This document shows, piece after piece, positions 1-14,101 of a DNA stretch of 64,000 bases. The position numbers and the translations under genes are program-made. A model generated the notes under the pieces. That model was not told where the DNA came from. It worked only from the letters and a program-made list of their open reading frames with translations, and did not search any database. Within the stretch, counting starts at the first letter, position 1; every line of letters begins with the position of its first letter. Source of the DNA: Macrostomum lignano (taxonomy: Eukaryota); the NCBI GenBank assembly GCA_002269645.1, contig NIVC01003516.1:1-64000 (forward strand), read 5' to 3'.

Positions 1-580
1 GTGAGGGAGGTGAGAGAGGAAAGGAAATGAGAGAGGGAGGAGGAGAGAGAGGAGAGGAGACGAGAGAAGAGGAGAGGAGAGGAGAGGAGAGGAGAGGAGA
101 GGAGAGAGGTGAGGAGATGAGAGGAGAGGAGAGAGGTGAGGAGAGGTGAGGAGAGGAAAGGAAATGAGAGAGGAGAGGAGAGAGAGGAGAGAGAGAGGTG
201 AGGAGATGAGAGGAGAGGAGAGAGGTGAGGAGAGGTGAGGAGAGGAAAGGAAATGAGAGAGGAGAGGAGAGGAGAGGAGAGGAGAGGAGAGGAGAGGAGA
301 GGAGAGGAGAGGAGAGGAGAGAGGAGAGGAGGAAATGAGAGAGGAGAGGAGAGGAGAGGAGAGGAGAGGGAGGAGAGGAGAGGAGAGGAGAGGAGAGGAG
401 AGGAGAGGAGAGAGAGGAGAGAGAGAGGAGAGGAGAGGAGAGGAGAGGAGAGGAGAGGAGAGAGGTGAGGAGATGAGAGGAGAGGGTGAGGAGAGGTGAG
501 GAGAGGAAAGGAAATGAGAGAGGAGAGGAGAGGAGAGGAGAGGAGAGGACAGGAGAATATGAGAAGAGAGAGGTGAGGAA
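1..580. repeat. (GAGAG)n homopurine microsatellite, runs off the window start
   Basis: Almost pure A/G pentamer repeat; the 235..468 ORF is its translation. Confidence 0.95.
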
Positions 581-1696
581 GAGAGCTGAGAAGAGACACA
601 AGCCTTGAGCGGGCCGGATTGCTCTTGTGAATATTCAAAGGACCCAAGGGCCGGATAGAGAGGCTTTGCGGGGCCACATTTGGCCTCAGGCCGGAGTTTG
701 CCAACCCCTGTTTTAGTGTTTAGCTCTTTTACTTTGGCATCTCTGATCGAAATTCCGAGTCTGCCGCAATCCCAAGACTTAAGCCGCTGCTGGCGCTGCA
801 ACTAAAAGCACAAAAATGCCGTCAGATAAAAGAATGAAGAGTCAGCGCCAAGAAGAACTGAAGGAGGCAGCCAAGAGACCCAGAAAATTACTGGTCTTGC
901 CCTGGCAATTTTCATTCATTTGAGATATTTACTAAATAAATTGATAGTGCAGTGCAGTTGCGCAATGTTTGAATTATTTGAGAATTTGAACGTTTTTCAG
1001 ACTTTTGGTCACTTTCAACACAATTGAATATTGGCCTGGTTGTCACAATGTCACAAACTGACATAACAGCAGGAGTTTGGGTGCCCTTAGATTAAAAAAA
1101 ATCATGTGCAATGTGCACCCTCCACCAATAGCCCCCCACTTTAAATATGTTCCGACACGATGCATTGCTTTTGTCTGTCTGACTGAGAATGAAGCCACCT
1201 ACATTACTCTCCAGCCCCTCCGAGCTGAACCCTCCTCGGCCACTGCTTCTGCAACACCAACGCTAAGTTGCGAATAAATAAAGTACAAATATATGGTTGG
1301 ATTTTTATCACTTTGCTTGGCTTTTGCAGTCCATGGCCCATAGACTAAGGCAAGATGCAGCCAATTGGCCCTGGCGTAGCGTATGGAGCAGCGTATATGG
1401 AGGATTCTCAGGCTGACAAAAGCTATATCTAGATCTGAGCCAGCAGGTACAAGACGAATCTGGTAAATTCGTCAAAAAAGCAGCTCAGCATGCTCAGAAT
1501 GAGATAATTAACCAAGACAACGGCTGAGGGATGCCTTTTATAACGGAGGCAAGGAAACAGACGCTACGTTAATCTTCATGCTGTAATGAAATTGAGAGTT
1601 ATAGATGTGGAGTAATCTGTTTTCATTTAAATTCCTCAGCTGCCGACACTTCTGAAGCAGCGATAGTCAGGGTGCCCGTCGGACCAAACCGCAGCC

Positions 1697-3217
1697 ATGA
1701 TGAGCACCTCAACCTTCTGCAGAAGCCTGCGACGCCGGTTAAAACTGCGCAACTTCCTCGGTTGCATTGGCCTTCTGGCCATAGCAACTATCCTCTACCG
1801 TCTCTTCGCCGTGGCCCCCGAAAAGTTCACTATGCAGCTCACTGAGCCAGACAGCTACCAAGTAAAAGGAGATTCAGTTAAAAAAATAAAAGAATTCCGG
1901 CAATCCTTCATCAGACCTGGATATCCGACATCATCCCTAGCACCTACGTGCCCTACGTGCGCAGCTGGGCGAATCACAGGCCCCGCCTTGACTATTACTA
2001 CTGGACAGACGCCAACTCGCTTGAGTTCGGCGCGCCACTATCCGGAGATTCTGGCCACTTTCCGAGGTTACCCAGCTCACCTGAGTCGGGCGGACGCTGT
2101 CAGGTACATGCTGCTGCATAAATATGGCGGCATCTATGCCGATATGGACATGATGCGGCTGAGAGACCTGGCCCCGCTGCTCAACAATAGCAGGGAGTTG
2201 TGCTACCTCAGCCAGGAACGCTACGAGATCACGCGGCTTTACTGGGGATACAACAGGTAGGTTTGAATTGGCTAAGCTTTAATAGACAGTCTTGAGGACA
2301 AATATGCTATTATAGTGAACTGATACACTGATAAACAAAAAACGATATGCGATTTAGACATCCCAATACGGCCAATATACGTACAATTGCGTAATTCCAG
2401 TTTTAGAGCACCATTTAAAGTTTCCATTAAGTTTTTAATTGACTCCGTCATTTAGACAACGCTTCTCAATCTGTATACTTCCAATGACCAATGCACAAAA
2501 TAAGAAATAACTTTTAAATGCATGAAAATCGCAAGAAGTCATATCGGTTTTGTTGAAATAGACTGGGAAGAGGTGTTAGCATTTTGCTAGTGTTGTGAAG
2601 TAATCCAGCGGATGCTCTTAATTGAACTGACTGCCCAAAATCTGCATCCATGGAGAGCGGATTCGTCCTCCAGGGGTGACATTTACGAAATCCAGATTTG
2701 GCATTGGCTTGTCTTCGTTCTAACACACCAACAGCAGCGTCATGAACGCCATAATGCTAAGCGCGCCGGGCCACAAGTTCATGGAGTACGTTGTCAAGGC
2801 TCTGTCAAGATTCGCCAACAACTCCCGGACGTCATGACCTCGACGGGGCCGTTATTTCTGCAGAGAGTCTACGAAGAGTTCCATTACGATCGCCCGTCTG
2901 CGACCTGCGTGACCCGATGTGCCGCTGTGTGGCAGCCGACCCCTACGACTTCATGCCGCAGGTGGACCCGATCCGAATCCCGCTGTTCCGGCAAGTGCTC
3001 CTCGCCCAACCAGCTGAAACCCAACGCTGTGGAGGCCTGCCGGATGCTGGACCAAATAGGATGGCGCAACGAGATCTCAGAGATCGGCACCAGGTCCTAC
3101 ACGCACCACGGATTTCTGCACTACGGCTTCGAGAACCAGCGGTTGAAGTTCGCCTCGGTGGCCAACATTAGCAGCGTCCGCGCAGACAGGCTCAGCTTCG
3201 GTCGGGAGATTCATTGA
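1697..3217 (+). CDS. Glycosyltransferase family 32 (DxD) type II membrane protein; 2 exons (1697-2256, ~2735-3217) with several frameshifts
   Basis: N-terminal hydrophobic anchor. An alternate frame at ~1892-2030 gives RIPAILHQTW...YYYWTD. Also RADAVRYMLLHKYGGIYADMD (DxD), GT donor at 2257, NAGNAG acceptor at 2734/2737, then NAIMLSAPGHKF and TGPLFL. At least 4-5 indels are needed to join the frames: pseudogene or assembly errors. Confidence 0.75.
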
Positions 3218-3911
3218 TGCGACTTTTATACCGCCGCTGACGGCCGTTTCTTTGCTGTTATCGGTCATGGACAACTCAAGTAGCACAAGGTTTTCAAAAC
3301 AAGGTTTTCTTAGAAATGAGCCGGAGGCCGGAATTAGGAACGTGTATTTGTCGCATTGCTAGGGCGTTTATTACAATATGCTCCGGAGAACGTATAGCGC
3401 TAAATGCATGGGGTTTGGCCATAGACGAATTCAGTCGAGAAACAGCCGATTTGTCGGGAGCACACTGAATGCACTGCGATATGCGGCAAATATAGGTTCC
3501 TTCCGGCCTCTGGCTCATTTCTAAGAAAATCTAGTGTAGAGCGTCCTAATACTTTAGTGGTCCATGTACCACATACATTTTTATGTACACATACGCCGTC
3601 TCTTATGTATTACATAATTACTATTCCACATGGCATTTCCTATGATCATGCGGTGGTAAATGTAGTTTTACTTCATTTTATGAATCTCAACTGACTTAAG
3701 CCTTACTACCTATCTGCAAAAAATTCTCGACAACTCCCAAAACAGCAAAACCGCTTTTAAGTGGGTCTACGGCATCAGCCCGCAGCTAGGAAGATTCCCA
3801 AATTCTTGTTTAGACCAATTTTATTGGCCTGCATAATGATGAGTCATAGCAATCGAGAAACGGTGATTACATTATTATCTAGTACCAAGTCTAAATACTA
3901 TTAAGTCCATC

Positions 3912-5093
3912 CAGGGACTACTCAATTCTCGGGACGGGAAACGGCCAAATCATGCAGAAAAAGATGGAGGCCGATTTTCTCTGTTCTCTGCTGATCTTAT
4001 GTTTTATCGCAAGAGCTTCAGCTTTTCACTATGTACACAAAATTTATCCCTCTTCAACTTCCTGTAGCCTGTTTCTACTCAAATAATTTCGGATAAATGC
4101 TAGGAGACATTTTATACAGTACCCTTTAATACACAAACTTGTATTCCCGTGGAAAGCTAGCGCATCCACCAGAATGGCTTTTCCAATTCTCGCGCCTTTG
4201 TTATGCTAGCTTCACATCATATTCACCAAGCTGTGCAACCCGTGTGCATCAGATATTCAATGCTATCGCCGAATATTTCTTTCCAGACAAGGACATTCAT
4301 ACAACTTCGGTGACTCGTCGCCTATCAAACTGCTTTTTCAAAGGACTTGTGCGAAACTGCAAAACTGCAGAACAAACACCAGACGCAAGTGATCGTAAAA
4401 TCACAAAGCTACGCAGTTCGTCTCGTTTATAAGCGCGATTGATACCGACTGAGACTACTGGGTTACAAATTCGATTTGTCGCATTGCTTATATTTGCTTA
4501 CTACTATTGGGATACTTTGTTATGCTTACTTTGTTTGTTCTGGTTCATGTGCGTTTTGAACTTGCTTGTGGTTCTCTTGCCTTTTGCTCTTATCGTGTTT
4601 ATTGTTCTTTATATGCTTGTTGTGAATGTTGTGTTTCTTGTACTTATGCATTTGGTGTTGTTGAATAATTCTAGTGCACAATAGTGTGTATTCTAGCGCG
4701 ATCGTTCTCCAAATCTTGGTATACATGTATTGACTATATACAACAGTTTTGTTAATCTTATATCTTATGTTGAATAACTTCTCGTATAATACAAGCTTTC
4801 ACTTCTTGCTTCAATGTTTTCCATAGACTTCTACAAAAGATGCACTTGGCTTATCAAGCATCGAGTTTGTGTATTAAAGGGGTACTGTATAAAATGTCTC
4901 CTAGCATTTATCCGAAATTATTTGAGTAGAAACAGGCTACAGGAAGTTGAAGAGGGATAAATTTTGTGTACATAGTGAAAAGCTGAAGCTCTTGCGATAA
5001 AACATAAGATCAGCAGAGAACAGAGAAAATCGGCCTCCATCTTTTTTCTGCATGATTTGGCCGTTTCCCGTCCCGAGAATTGAGTAGTCCCTG
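3912..5093. mobile_element. Non-autonomous hAT-type element, ~230-bp TIRs, 8-bp TSD
   Basis: Ends CAGGGACTACTC / GAGTAGTCCCTG; 3912-4139 is the reverse complement of ~4865-5093; flanked by AGTCCATC at 3904-3911 and 5094-5101. Confidence 0.9.
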
Positions 5094-5145
5094 AGTCCAT
5101 CTTGGTCTAATGCCTATACTGTGGTTATTTGGACAGCCAAATGTC

Positions 5146-5246
5146 TGCGGGCTAATGACCTGCGGGCTAATGACCAGCGGGCTAATTACCTGTGGGCTAA
5201 TGACCTGCGGGCTAATGACCTGCGGGCTAATGACCTGCGGACTAAT
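5146..5246. repeat. 15-bp tandem repeat (TGCGGGCTAATGACC), ~6-7 copies
   Basis: Read directly from the sequence. Confidence 0.9.
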
Positions 5247-6047
5247 AATTTCGTGTCAAAACAGGCTTTTTGCTTGTTACTACTTAAATAAATTTGTAAA
5301 ACTCGGAGGAGTTTTGTTAATTGGGGGAGTTAAGGAGTCAAGGAGTTAAGGGCTAACCTCATTGATAATTAGTTGCACTGATGAAAAAAACTGTTAATGT
5401 GACAAGCAGACTTATTAGATTAATCAACAAGAATCGTGTTGAAATAAATATAAAAAGTCCAGTCAATTGGATAAATTAGGCATTATAATTTATTATTGAA
5501 ATAAGCAATTCAGAGCGATCGGTTTAAACAGGCATTTCAGTTAGCAATAGGTGAAATCATATATTGAGTAAATGAGAGCAGTGAGTGTTTGCCGACTTTG
5601 CGAATGCATGCACGAGATGTAATGGGTGTCACACGCAGCGGAAAGATCATTGAGCAGCGACCGGCGACAGCCACCGCTTCTCGGGCTACCCGGCGCCAGG
5701 CAAAAATGCTTTTAATTTTTATCGAGGCACAAAGTATTCTAAATATTAGCAACAATCGCTACTGTAAGCGGTACGTGCGGAATTTATACGAAATGAAATT
5801 CAATGGGTAGTTTACTAATTAGAAAAACAAAGGAGATTTTCAAGGCATTAGTGCCAAGTTATTTAGCAGCTATAGAAAATTGCACCTTGTAACAGCTTCA
5901 AATAAAACTCAGATGAGCAAAACCAATTAGTTAATTTCTTGGCTTTCGGCAATATTGATTCAATAATACGCTTTAGGCTATGCTAAATGAGAAGATTATC
6001 TTAATTTAAGCTTGTATGAAGTCGAATTCTAGTGCACACGTTCAAAG

Positions 6048-6635
6048 GCAGAGGATGTACATTGGGGAGAGGGGCTGGCAGCGGATGTACATTGGGGAGA
6101 GGGATGTACATTGGGGAGAGGGTTGGCAGCGGATTTACATTGGGGAGAGGGGTTGGCAGCGGATGTACATTGGGGATGGCAGCGGATGTACATTGGGGAT
6201 GGCAGCGGATGTACATTGGGGAGAGGGGTTGGCAGCGGATGTACATTGGGGAGAGGGGTTGGCAGCGGATATACATTGGGGAGAGGGGTTGGCAGCGGAT
6301 GTACATTGGGGAGAGGGGTTGGCAGCGGATTTACATTGGGGAGAGGGGTTGGCAGCGGATGTACATTGGGGATGGCAGCGGATGTACATTGGGGAGAGGG
6401 GTTGGCAGCGGATGTACATTGGGGAGAGGGGTTGGCAGCGGATATACATTGGGGAGAGGGGTTGGCAGCGGATGTACATTGGGGAGAGGGGTTGGCAGCG
6501 GATGTACATTTGAGAGAGGGGCTGGCAGCGGATGTACATTGGGGAAGAGGGACTGGCAGTTATGTACATTGGGGAGAGGGGCTGGCAGCGGATGTATATT
6601 GGGAAGAGGAACTGGCAGTGATGTACATTGGGGAG
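6048..6635. repeat. ~30-bp minisatellite (GCAGCGGATGTACATTGGGGAGAGGGGTTG)
   Basis: Direct tandem units with short variants; explains the overlapping ORFs at 6001-6689. Confidence 0.95.
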
Positions 6636-6831
6636 AGGCTTGCGGGTATTAGGATTCAAAAACAGAAGACACTATCGAACTTCGAGTAGGGAGGCTATTG
6701 TAAAACGTTAAGAGCACTGCATTCGAATTCCGAGAGCAGTCAGAGACCTTTAGGTGGGAAAATTAAATCAACGATATTACTTGAGTAGTTGAGTAAGTTT
6801 TTTCTAGTTTGGGCCAGGTGCGAATGCTAAT

Positions 6832-9067
6832 TTATCGGTGCTTAGCCTGATGAGCCAGCTGCTGCTGCTTAACAATGGCCGAGGCGGACAACTGCGGATT
6901 CGAGCCCAGGACTACCGGAGCAGCCAACTGTTGCTGCAACAAACTCTGTTGATTAAGATGATGCTGATGCTGCATCAGAGAGTGATGATGATGCTGCCTC
7001 TGCTGCTGCTGGGGAAGCTGGGCCTGCATAGCGACCCGGTGCTGGGCCAGCCGAGCCCGGCAGTGAGCGCCGATGCCGGACATCGGGGCCAGGGTGCGCC
7101 TGCGGGCCCAGCCCAACAGGGCCAGGCCGCTACCAGCGCCGCCATCAGCTGTGGAGCAGCCTGCCGCAGAAGTCGCAGCCGAGGCAGCCCGACCGCCGCC
7201 GCGTCGAATCAGCAGAAGAGGCTGCGGCGCGCCGAGACAGCGAAACTGAGCGCCAGCGACGGCCTCCGCAGGCTGCTGCTGGTCGGTGGGCAGCGGCACC
7301 GGAGTGGGCGCGGGCGTGGGGAATTCCAAGAAATCCTCGTCAGACGAGTACGCCTCCGGATTAGCCGGTGGAGGCGGCGATGAGGAGGAGGAAGCGGCGG
7401 ACGAGCACAGGGCGGTGGCAGTGGGGATGAGCACAACTGGCTGCTGCCGGAAGAACATCTGCAGCGCCGGCTGAGTTTGCTGGTGCTGGTGGTTCAGCAG
7501 CTGCGGCGAGCTGCTCACTGCTGGCAGCGGGCCCGCGGCTGCCGACACCGGCGCGCCGGGTGGAGCCACGGCGGGCGGCTGTCCGGATTTGAGGCTCCGG
7601 CTGGCCTGCAGCAGGGCATCGAACGGGCGGGTCCTGCCGGGCACTGCGCGCCGGTCTCGCAGGCTGTGCTTCTTGCAGGTCAGGGAGCGGACGCAGCGCT
7701 GGCCGGAGTCGGTGACTACGCCGCAGTGATTGTCCGGGTCAAAGGCGCGGTCTCGGAGCGGCAGGATGCGCGTTTTGGTGCCGCCGCTTTGCCCGCTGTT
7801 GCTGCTGGTGTGGCTGGGCTGATGCATCAGCGGCTGGCTTGAGGCCACGCCGCCAAGAGGCGACATCGCCACGGCGGTTGTGGGTGTCGCCGCACCGCCT
7901 TGCTGACCGTGGCGATGCTGCTGATAGCCAGACGAAGCCAAACTCACCAGCGCAGCGGCGCCAGCAGCAACGGCCGATGCGGATTCGTCCTCTTCGCGGA
8001 TTCGAACCACCGGAACCGCATCCTCTTCCGGTTCGAGCGATACGCTGACGGGAGCCTCCTCGAGCAGGCCAGGCAGCCGCGGGGTCTACGAGAGAGCGGG
8101 AGGGCGATTCTTTAAACTGGGCTGTGGGCGATTCTTTAAACTGGGCTGCAGGGCGATTCTTTAAACTGGGCTGCAGGGCGATTCTTTAAACTGGGCTGCA
8201 GGGCGATTCTTTAAACTGGGCTGCAGGGCGATTCTTTAAACTGGGCTGTAGGGCGATTCTTTAAACTGGGCTGCAGGGCGATTCTTTCCAAACTTTAATT
8301 TAAGAGATTATCAGAGCCAGTTAAGGACCAGGTGAGTTATATGAGAATCAGGAGACAACTCAGCTACACAACAGCCAGCTCAATACACAGGACAGGTAAG
8401 ACAGGAAAGCAACCTGGGAGTCCTCCGCAGCCATCGGGCTGGCCCAGATTCCTCCGCTGCTGCTGCCGCGCCCGTTGCCAACCTCAGCATCTTCATCATC
8501 GTCCGCCGCCTCCTCGTCATCCTCGGCCACCTCCGCGTCTTCCTGCTCGTCATCTTCATCTTCGACTGCGGTTGTCGCCGACGCCACGGAAGTTGGCGCT
8601 GTGGTGCCGCCCTGCAGAGCGGAGGCCGAGTGGCCAGCGGCGGCGCCGCCAGCCCTGCTAGGAGTCGATGGCGGACTCGTCAGCATCAGCGGCGAAGTTG
8701 ACAGCAGCGCCGCCTGGGTCAGCGTGGGCGAATCTGCCATCATGGCAGCTGCCGCCGCCGCCGCGGCTGCCGCAGCAGTGGCGTCGCGTTTCCCGCGGAC
8801 TTTCCTTCGGCCTTTGCTGTGCGCGCTGTCCAGGTGCCTGAGCAGGGTGATGAGGCTGGGGAATCTCAGCGAGCATAGGCGACAATCGTGAGCAACAAAA
8901 TCTCTGCTCAACGGAGTCTGGCTGAGCAGCGGCATCAGGTCGGACTGGAGCAGCGGCACGTCTGGACTGCTGGGCTCCGGGTTGGATGGGCATCGAAGCT
9001 GGCCACTGCGCTGGGCTTGGCCGATGGCCGACACCTCGCCCTGGAGCCAGCTGCTCCAGTCTGCCAT
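6832..9067 (-). CDS. ATXN7: Ataxin-7 family protein (SAGA deubiquitinase module); exons 9067-8414 and 8085-6832, ~635 aa
   Basis: SCA7 domain FDPDNHCGV...CVRSLTCKKHSLRDRRAVPGRTRPFDALL. N-terminal zinc finger DLMPLL...DFVAHDCRLC...HLDSAH. Phase-0 GT/AG junction joins the two ORFs in frame; polyQ/polyA tracts. Confidence 0.85.
8101..8288. repeat. 25-bp intronic tandem repeat (AGGGCGATTCTTTAAACTGGGCTGC), ~7.5 copies
   Basis: Read directly; lies in the ataxin-7-like intron. Confidence 0.95.
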
Positions 9068-11748
9068 GCTGCTTCGGCCTCTTGTAGTGGATTGTTGCTA
9101 TGCACTTTGGCTTTGAATGCTGGTGCAACTGCAAGTCTGCGATGGACTGCTAGGTTTCAGTGTTGCACTGCGGCTGATTTCATTTGGGGCCAACTAATAG
9201 CAGTAAAAGGGCAATAAATTTTTTTAATTGGATAGGAAATCACTTTGAATTATATTATTACAATGAATGTATTGTATTGCTGAATGTATTAAATATGTAT
9301 ATACTTATATGTAGACTAATACTAAATAATGAATGATACAATTGATATGAAATATATGATATATTTAATCATACATGTGTGATATACACCACCCAATCCA
9401 TTTGGCCAACATGGATCACTGAAGAGAGGAGAAATGCAATTAGAAAAGGAAAAAAATAAAATAAAAAAGTTACAATTAGAACCAACAAAGCTTTTATTTT
9501 TGTTAAAACTATAAGCTTGAATTTTCACAATTAATGTTAATTTAAAAAGCTATATAAGTATATATTTGCTATACAAAAATAAAAAGAATAATATTATTAG
9601 CTAAATAGGCCCTAACAGATATAGATAATTTTAAAGAATTCTTAAATAGTCCACTTTTGATATTTAGAACCTTACTACTTAAAATGCTTTAAGATTTAAT
9701 GTAGATAACTTAGAAATTTTTTTATTTATTAGAAATATATATATATATATAGGCTAGATAGATAATTGGTCTATTGTCTAAATAAGACAAAAATTAAATT
9801 ATGCATACCTATCAATTAATATACTTATTATCAAAATTTTATTTTATTTTATTGTAGCAACAAAAGTTAAAAGGCTAAAAAAATTATCTCTAGGCTAATA
9901 GTTCTAGTAAGTACTAGTAGTTAGGCCTTAATTGATTGAAACAAAAAAATTATAAAGCAAATCAACATACATAGCCTTGGTTTAAGCCGAATGCTTGGCT
10001 TAAAAAACTTATAATGGCATATAATACTAGGCTATATAGGCACATAAGATATTTTTCAACTAGATATAGGTAGGCATAGGTCTAAAAATTGAAAACCATG
10101 ATCAGCTGATCAATAAATCAAAATTAAACAAGAAAAATTTTCGATGCAAAAATTCAAGGACTAGGGTCTAGCCCCAGGGCCTAGACTAGACCTAAGCTGA
10201 TAGACCCTTTCCCTCGGGCCTCGGCCTAACTAACCTACAGAAGCCTTTAGACCCTAATCCTCTTCTACTAGACTAAGAATTGGCAATACAGGCCGACCCT
10301 AAAAATAATTTAGTATGGGCCTAAATAATGTCCATAAACCATAATGCATAGTGTGGAACCTAGCTAATGAAAAAAGCAATGAATATAGAATGTAACATTC
10401 CGATCAGGAGCATAATGATGTTGTGGCATCGGCATGACAAATGGGATTATTGTTCAAGGATGCAGTTTGCAGAAGCTGTACTCGCAAACCGTTTTCTAAG
10501 AAAAATATTCACGATGTACCGAACCGAGGTTGAAGTTCCTGAAGAATCACTTTAGTTAACTTTATAATAATTTATCATGAACAAGAACATTATCAAAAAT
10601 CTTCAGCTGAGCCATCATGCAGCTACATCTATCTAGCATTTTTGTCATGAGTTTATAGTATATAGCTATACGAGAGTATATCTCGTACATACGAGCGTAG
10701 CGTTGCTATGGTTCCATGGCAACTGGGTCCATGGGTCCATGCCTGGAAAAAATTTTCCAGGTCCATGAGGTTGGTGCAGTGGCGCCCCGCACTTTGCTCT
10801 AGTTCAGAAATTGTGGGAGGGCTAAATTTGAGTCCGATCGAGAGACTACAATTATCAGTATTCAACCACAGCAGCAAAAAGGATTTGTATAGGTCTGAAC
10901 CTGCACATGCATGTACATGCATGTGGCCGTGGGCATACATATACAGCACATGCAAAAATGCCAAGCGAAGCGACCTAGTTAATGCCGAACATACGGCCTT
11001 GCAAACCTAGCAGCGTCCTGTGAAACATTCTGGGATGCAAGTGTAGGCCGCATAACAGTATATATAGTGGCCCGAATGTGAACCGAAGACTAAATTGGTT
11101 GAGGATATAATCTGGGAGTTACGCTATTTACATGTATATGTACAGTGTATAAGGCTAGATCCGGTAGTACAGGTGGCTCGGCAGCGTCTGCGTCAAGCTT
11201 GGCAAAGATAGGAGGTGGACTGTGGAGTGAAGCCGAGGCCACGTACTCAAAATGAAGTGTGGACTCCTGGTACTGCGCACGCACTGTGGCCTGGTACATG
11301 TACATTACGAGTACACTCAAAGTGTGGCGCCACTACATCATGTCTTAAATAAAATGGCGCCCTACAAAAGACGCTTTCCCCGATAAAAAACTCCGGCTAC
11401 GCCCAATGGAGCACCGTGAATGGTCCATCTGACTGTCGTTTCTGGTGGCCCTAATATTACCAGCCGAAACGTCAAACGCCTGAATATATGAGCTGTGTGA
11501 GTTATTTTTCTAAATTTACTTAAGCACTTATAATGCATAGTAGGCAGAAATTCCGCCTCCCAGCGTGGAAATCACACGTTCGCCCAGCACGACAGCTGAG
11601 GTTGGCCTGGCCCTCGCGACGTAGCAATGCCCAGATGGTCCATGGCGCGGCGAGGACTTTGATCATTGTCTGGTTGATGCAGGAGTTCAAGCGCAAGTAC
11701 CGCAAGGACATGAGCAGCACGGCCGGTCTGGATGATCGGGGTTGCTGC

Positions 11749-12084
11749 CAGGGGCGTCGCCATGGATTTTATGGTGGGGGAGGACAAACCCAAGAATTCT
11801 ACATGTACATGTACATGACTAAATTCCTACATGTACATTATTTTCAGAAATCGGTGTTGTCAGCACCCATTTTACCGCCGCAGGCACTCATTTTGGTACT
11901 GCAGACAGGCACTCATTTTAGCGCCGCAGGCGCTATGTTATGTCGCCCTTTCAGCAAAATTATTGATTTCCAAAACGGGTCACAAGGTGGGGTGGGGGAC
12001 AAAGCATTGGCATGTTCTTCCATATCTTTTACTGATGTCCCTCCCCTGATGGACATGTCTCCCCCGCCGGTGGCGACGCCCCTG
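11749..12084 (+). mobile_element. hAT-type MITE (336 bp) with 8-bp TSD
   Basis: TIRs CAGGGGCGTCGCCA / TGGCGACGCCCCTG; TSD GTTGCTGC at 11741-11748 and 12085-12092. Confidence 0.9.
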
Positions 12085-13324
12085 GTTGCTGCCATTAGCT
12101 CTGTTGGTTCTGCGAGCAGCTCAGGTTGGTCTCCAACTGCAACAAAGTGAATCCAGTGTTTTCCGGAGACTCAACCTCAAGAAGGAACAGCATCTCACTT
12201 GATTCCCAATCTAGATGAGTCAAGGACAACCCCTTACTCTGGAGGATCTCCTGTTGCAGATGTTTTACACCGCGAAAAAGAATTATTTTTCAATAAAAAT
12301 CTGCTAAAGCAGCTGAAGTCTAGACTGGAACCGTTTCTGGCAGTCATGGTCCTGTACAAGTACATGTAGAAGAGCAATATGGCTGTCTTGGTAAGCCCTA
12401 CCGGTGCTCTCAATGGAAAGTTTTTTAAGAGACTCTTAAAGGGCCTGCGTCTTCATACGTGTACAAGCGGCTGCTTCCGGATTCTTGCTCCCTATAACAA
12501 AAATCCTTGCCTATAATTGATATTCCATTAGGCTCGAATTCTGCCGCAACAAACGTAAACAAAAAGTTTTCTCGCTTTAAAAGTGAGTTGCATCATACTA
12601 CTCTTGAAATTAACAGTGATTAGTGGATGGGCTGCTTGCTAGTCTTTTTGTGAAAAGCAAATGAAAATCTCAACTCAAGCTGCTGAACTGGTGTCTCAAA
12701 TATCTTATAAGTAGTCCTTCCTTCCATCTTTCCATTTTTCGAGCAGATTAACAATTCTCTAGCTGAGTCTGAAAAGCGCGACTTTCTGAAAGAAGATATT
12801 TGAGAACAAGCCCTACGAAAGAATTCAAAGTAGCTGTATATTTGTTTCTCACATCGGAGCACGCTAAAGAAAACTAAAGCCGCTAAAGAGGCTTAACGAA
12901 TTCTCAACAAAAAGCTGAATTATCCAAAGTCAGGGACTGCATTTGTGATGGGAGAATTTCTACAATTTTAGAATAACCGTTTCTGCAATTTAAAACTTGT
13001 TCAATTACACATTCTTACAGAATTTAAAATTGTCAGGACAATTAGCCGAGGACAATATTGCATGATAGAAAATTAAGTCTTGGTCTCCCAGAACGTCGAT
13101 TGTACATTGTCCATGCCTTGTCTGTCAATAAATCAGTAAAAACCTTCAACAGAGCCAATTTCTATAACCACAACACATCAATCAATGTTTTTGATCCCTT
13201 ATATTGTTCTATTTCTATGTGTCATACTCGTAGAAATAGAAGAAAATGGACAAAGCACTTGCTTTGAGGAATACAACTCTAATTTCTAGTATTGAATACA
13301 AATAAATACGAGAATTATCGTACT

Positions 13325-13402
13325 GGCAAACGTCGGCTGGAGAATGTCGGCTGGCAAACGTCGGCTGGAGAATGTCGGCTGGCAAACGTCGGCTGGCAAA
13401 CG
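13325..13402. repeat. 14-bp tandem repeat (GGCAAACGTCGGCT variants), ~5 copies
   Basis: Read directly. Confidence 0.85.
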
Positions 13403-14101
13403 GAGGTATCCAACTGAAATAGAGATTTGATCGTTAAAAATATGAATCGGAATTTTTAGTTTCTTGACTTACTTGACGAAACTAAACTAACGATTTGAGG
13501 TTCAAGGGTATAAGAACTAGGGTTTAAGATAGGGTTTAGGCATGTTTTGGTTAGGGTTGGGTTTTAGGATAGGGTTAGGGTTTAGGTTAGGTTTGGAAGT
13601 TAATTTGTGGTAATCCGTAAACCCTTCAGTTTTTCAAAATAATTGAACACAAAAACACTGATGAGTACCGTATGGCATTGATTATGATTTTTGCGGCGCT
13701 TCTCGCGACCCCTTCCCAGGTAAAAGCCCTATCTACATCATCACTGATTTGGAAGACAACAAAATCTGGGTCTTTACATGTAGTTACATGTACTTGTAGA
13801 AACGTTTTTGACACCGGGTGAGAGTAGGTTCAGACGTTGGAAGATTGTGAGCAGTAGGCTGAAGTAGGCCTTAAGAAATTCCAGCGCATCGGCTTCTTGC
13901 CTTAAATTTTGATTGGCCGCTTTCGATTGGGGCACCATCACCCGATTGGCTGGACTCTGCGTGGTGGCTTCCCATTTTTGCCGGACTACAAGTAATCCTT
14001 AGAGTTATTTAACGACAGAAAAAATTACTTTGCCTTCAGCCAGCCACAAGGAATCATTCGATCCTAAAATATTCGGTAAGTGCACCGCAAAGTCCGTACA
14101 A

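Noticed and set aside
610-710. hAT/Charlie-like end (GGAGTTTGCCAACCCCTG)
   Set aside because: Only one terminus is visible; there is no partner TIR or TSD in the window.
3912-3925. ACTACT shared between hAT TIR tips and the pPolB element ends
   Set aside because: A 6-mer at a different offset, with different TSD lengths (8 versus 6 bp); most likely coincidence.
13515-13598. Telomere-like TTAGGG tract
   Set aside because: Short and highly degenerate; only a couple of exact units.
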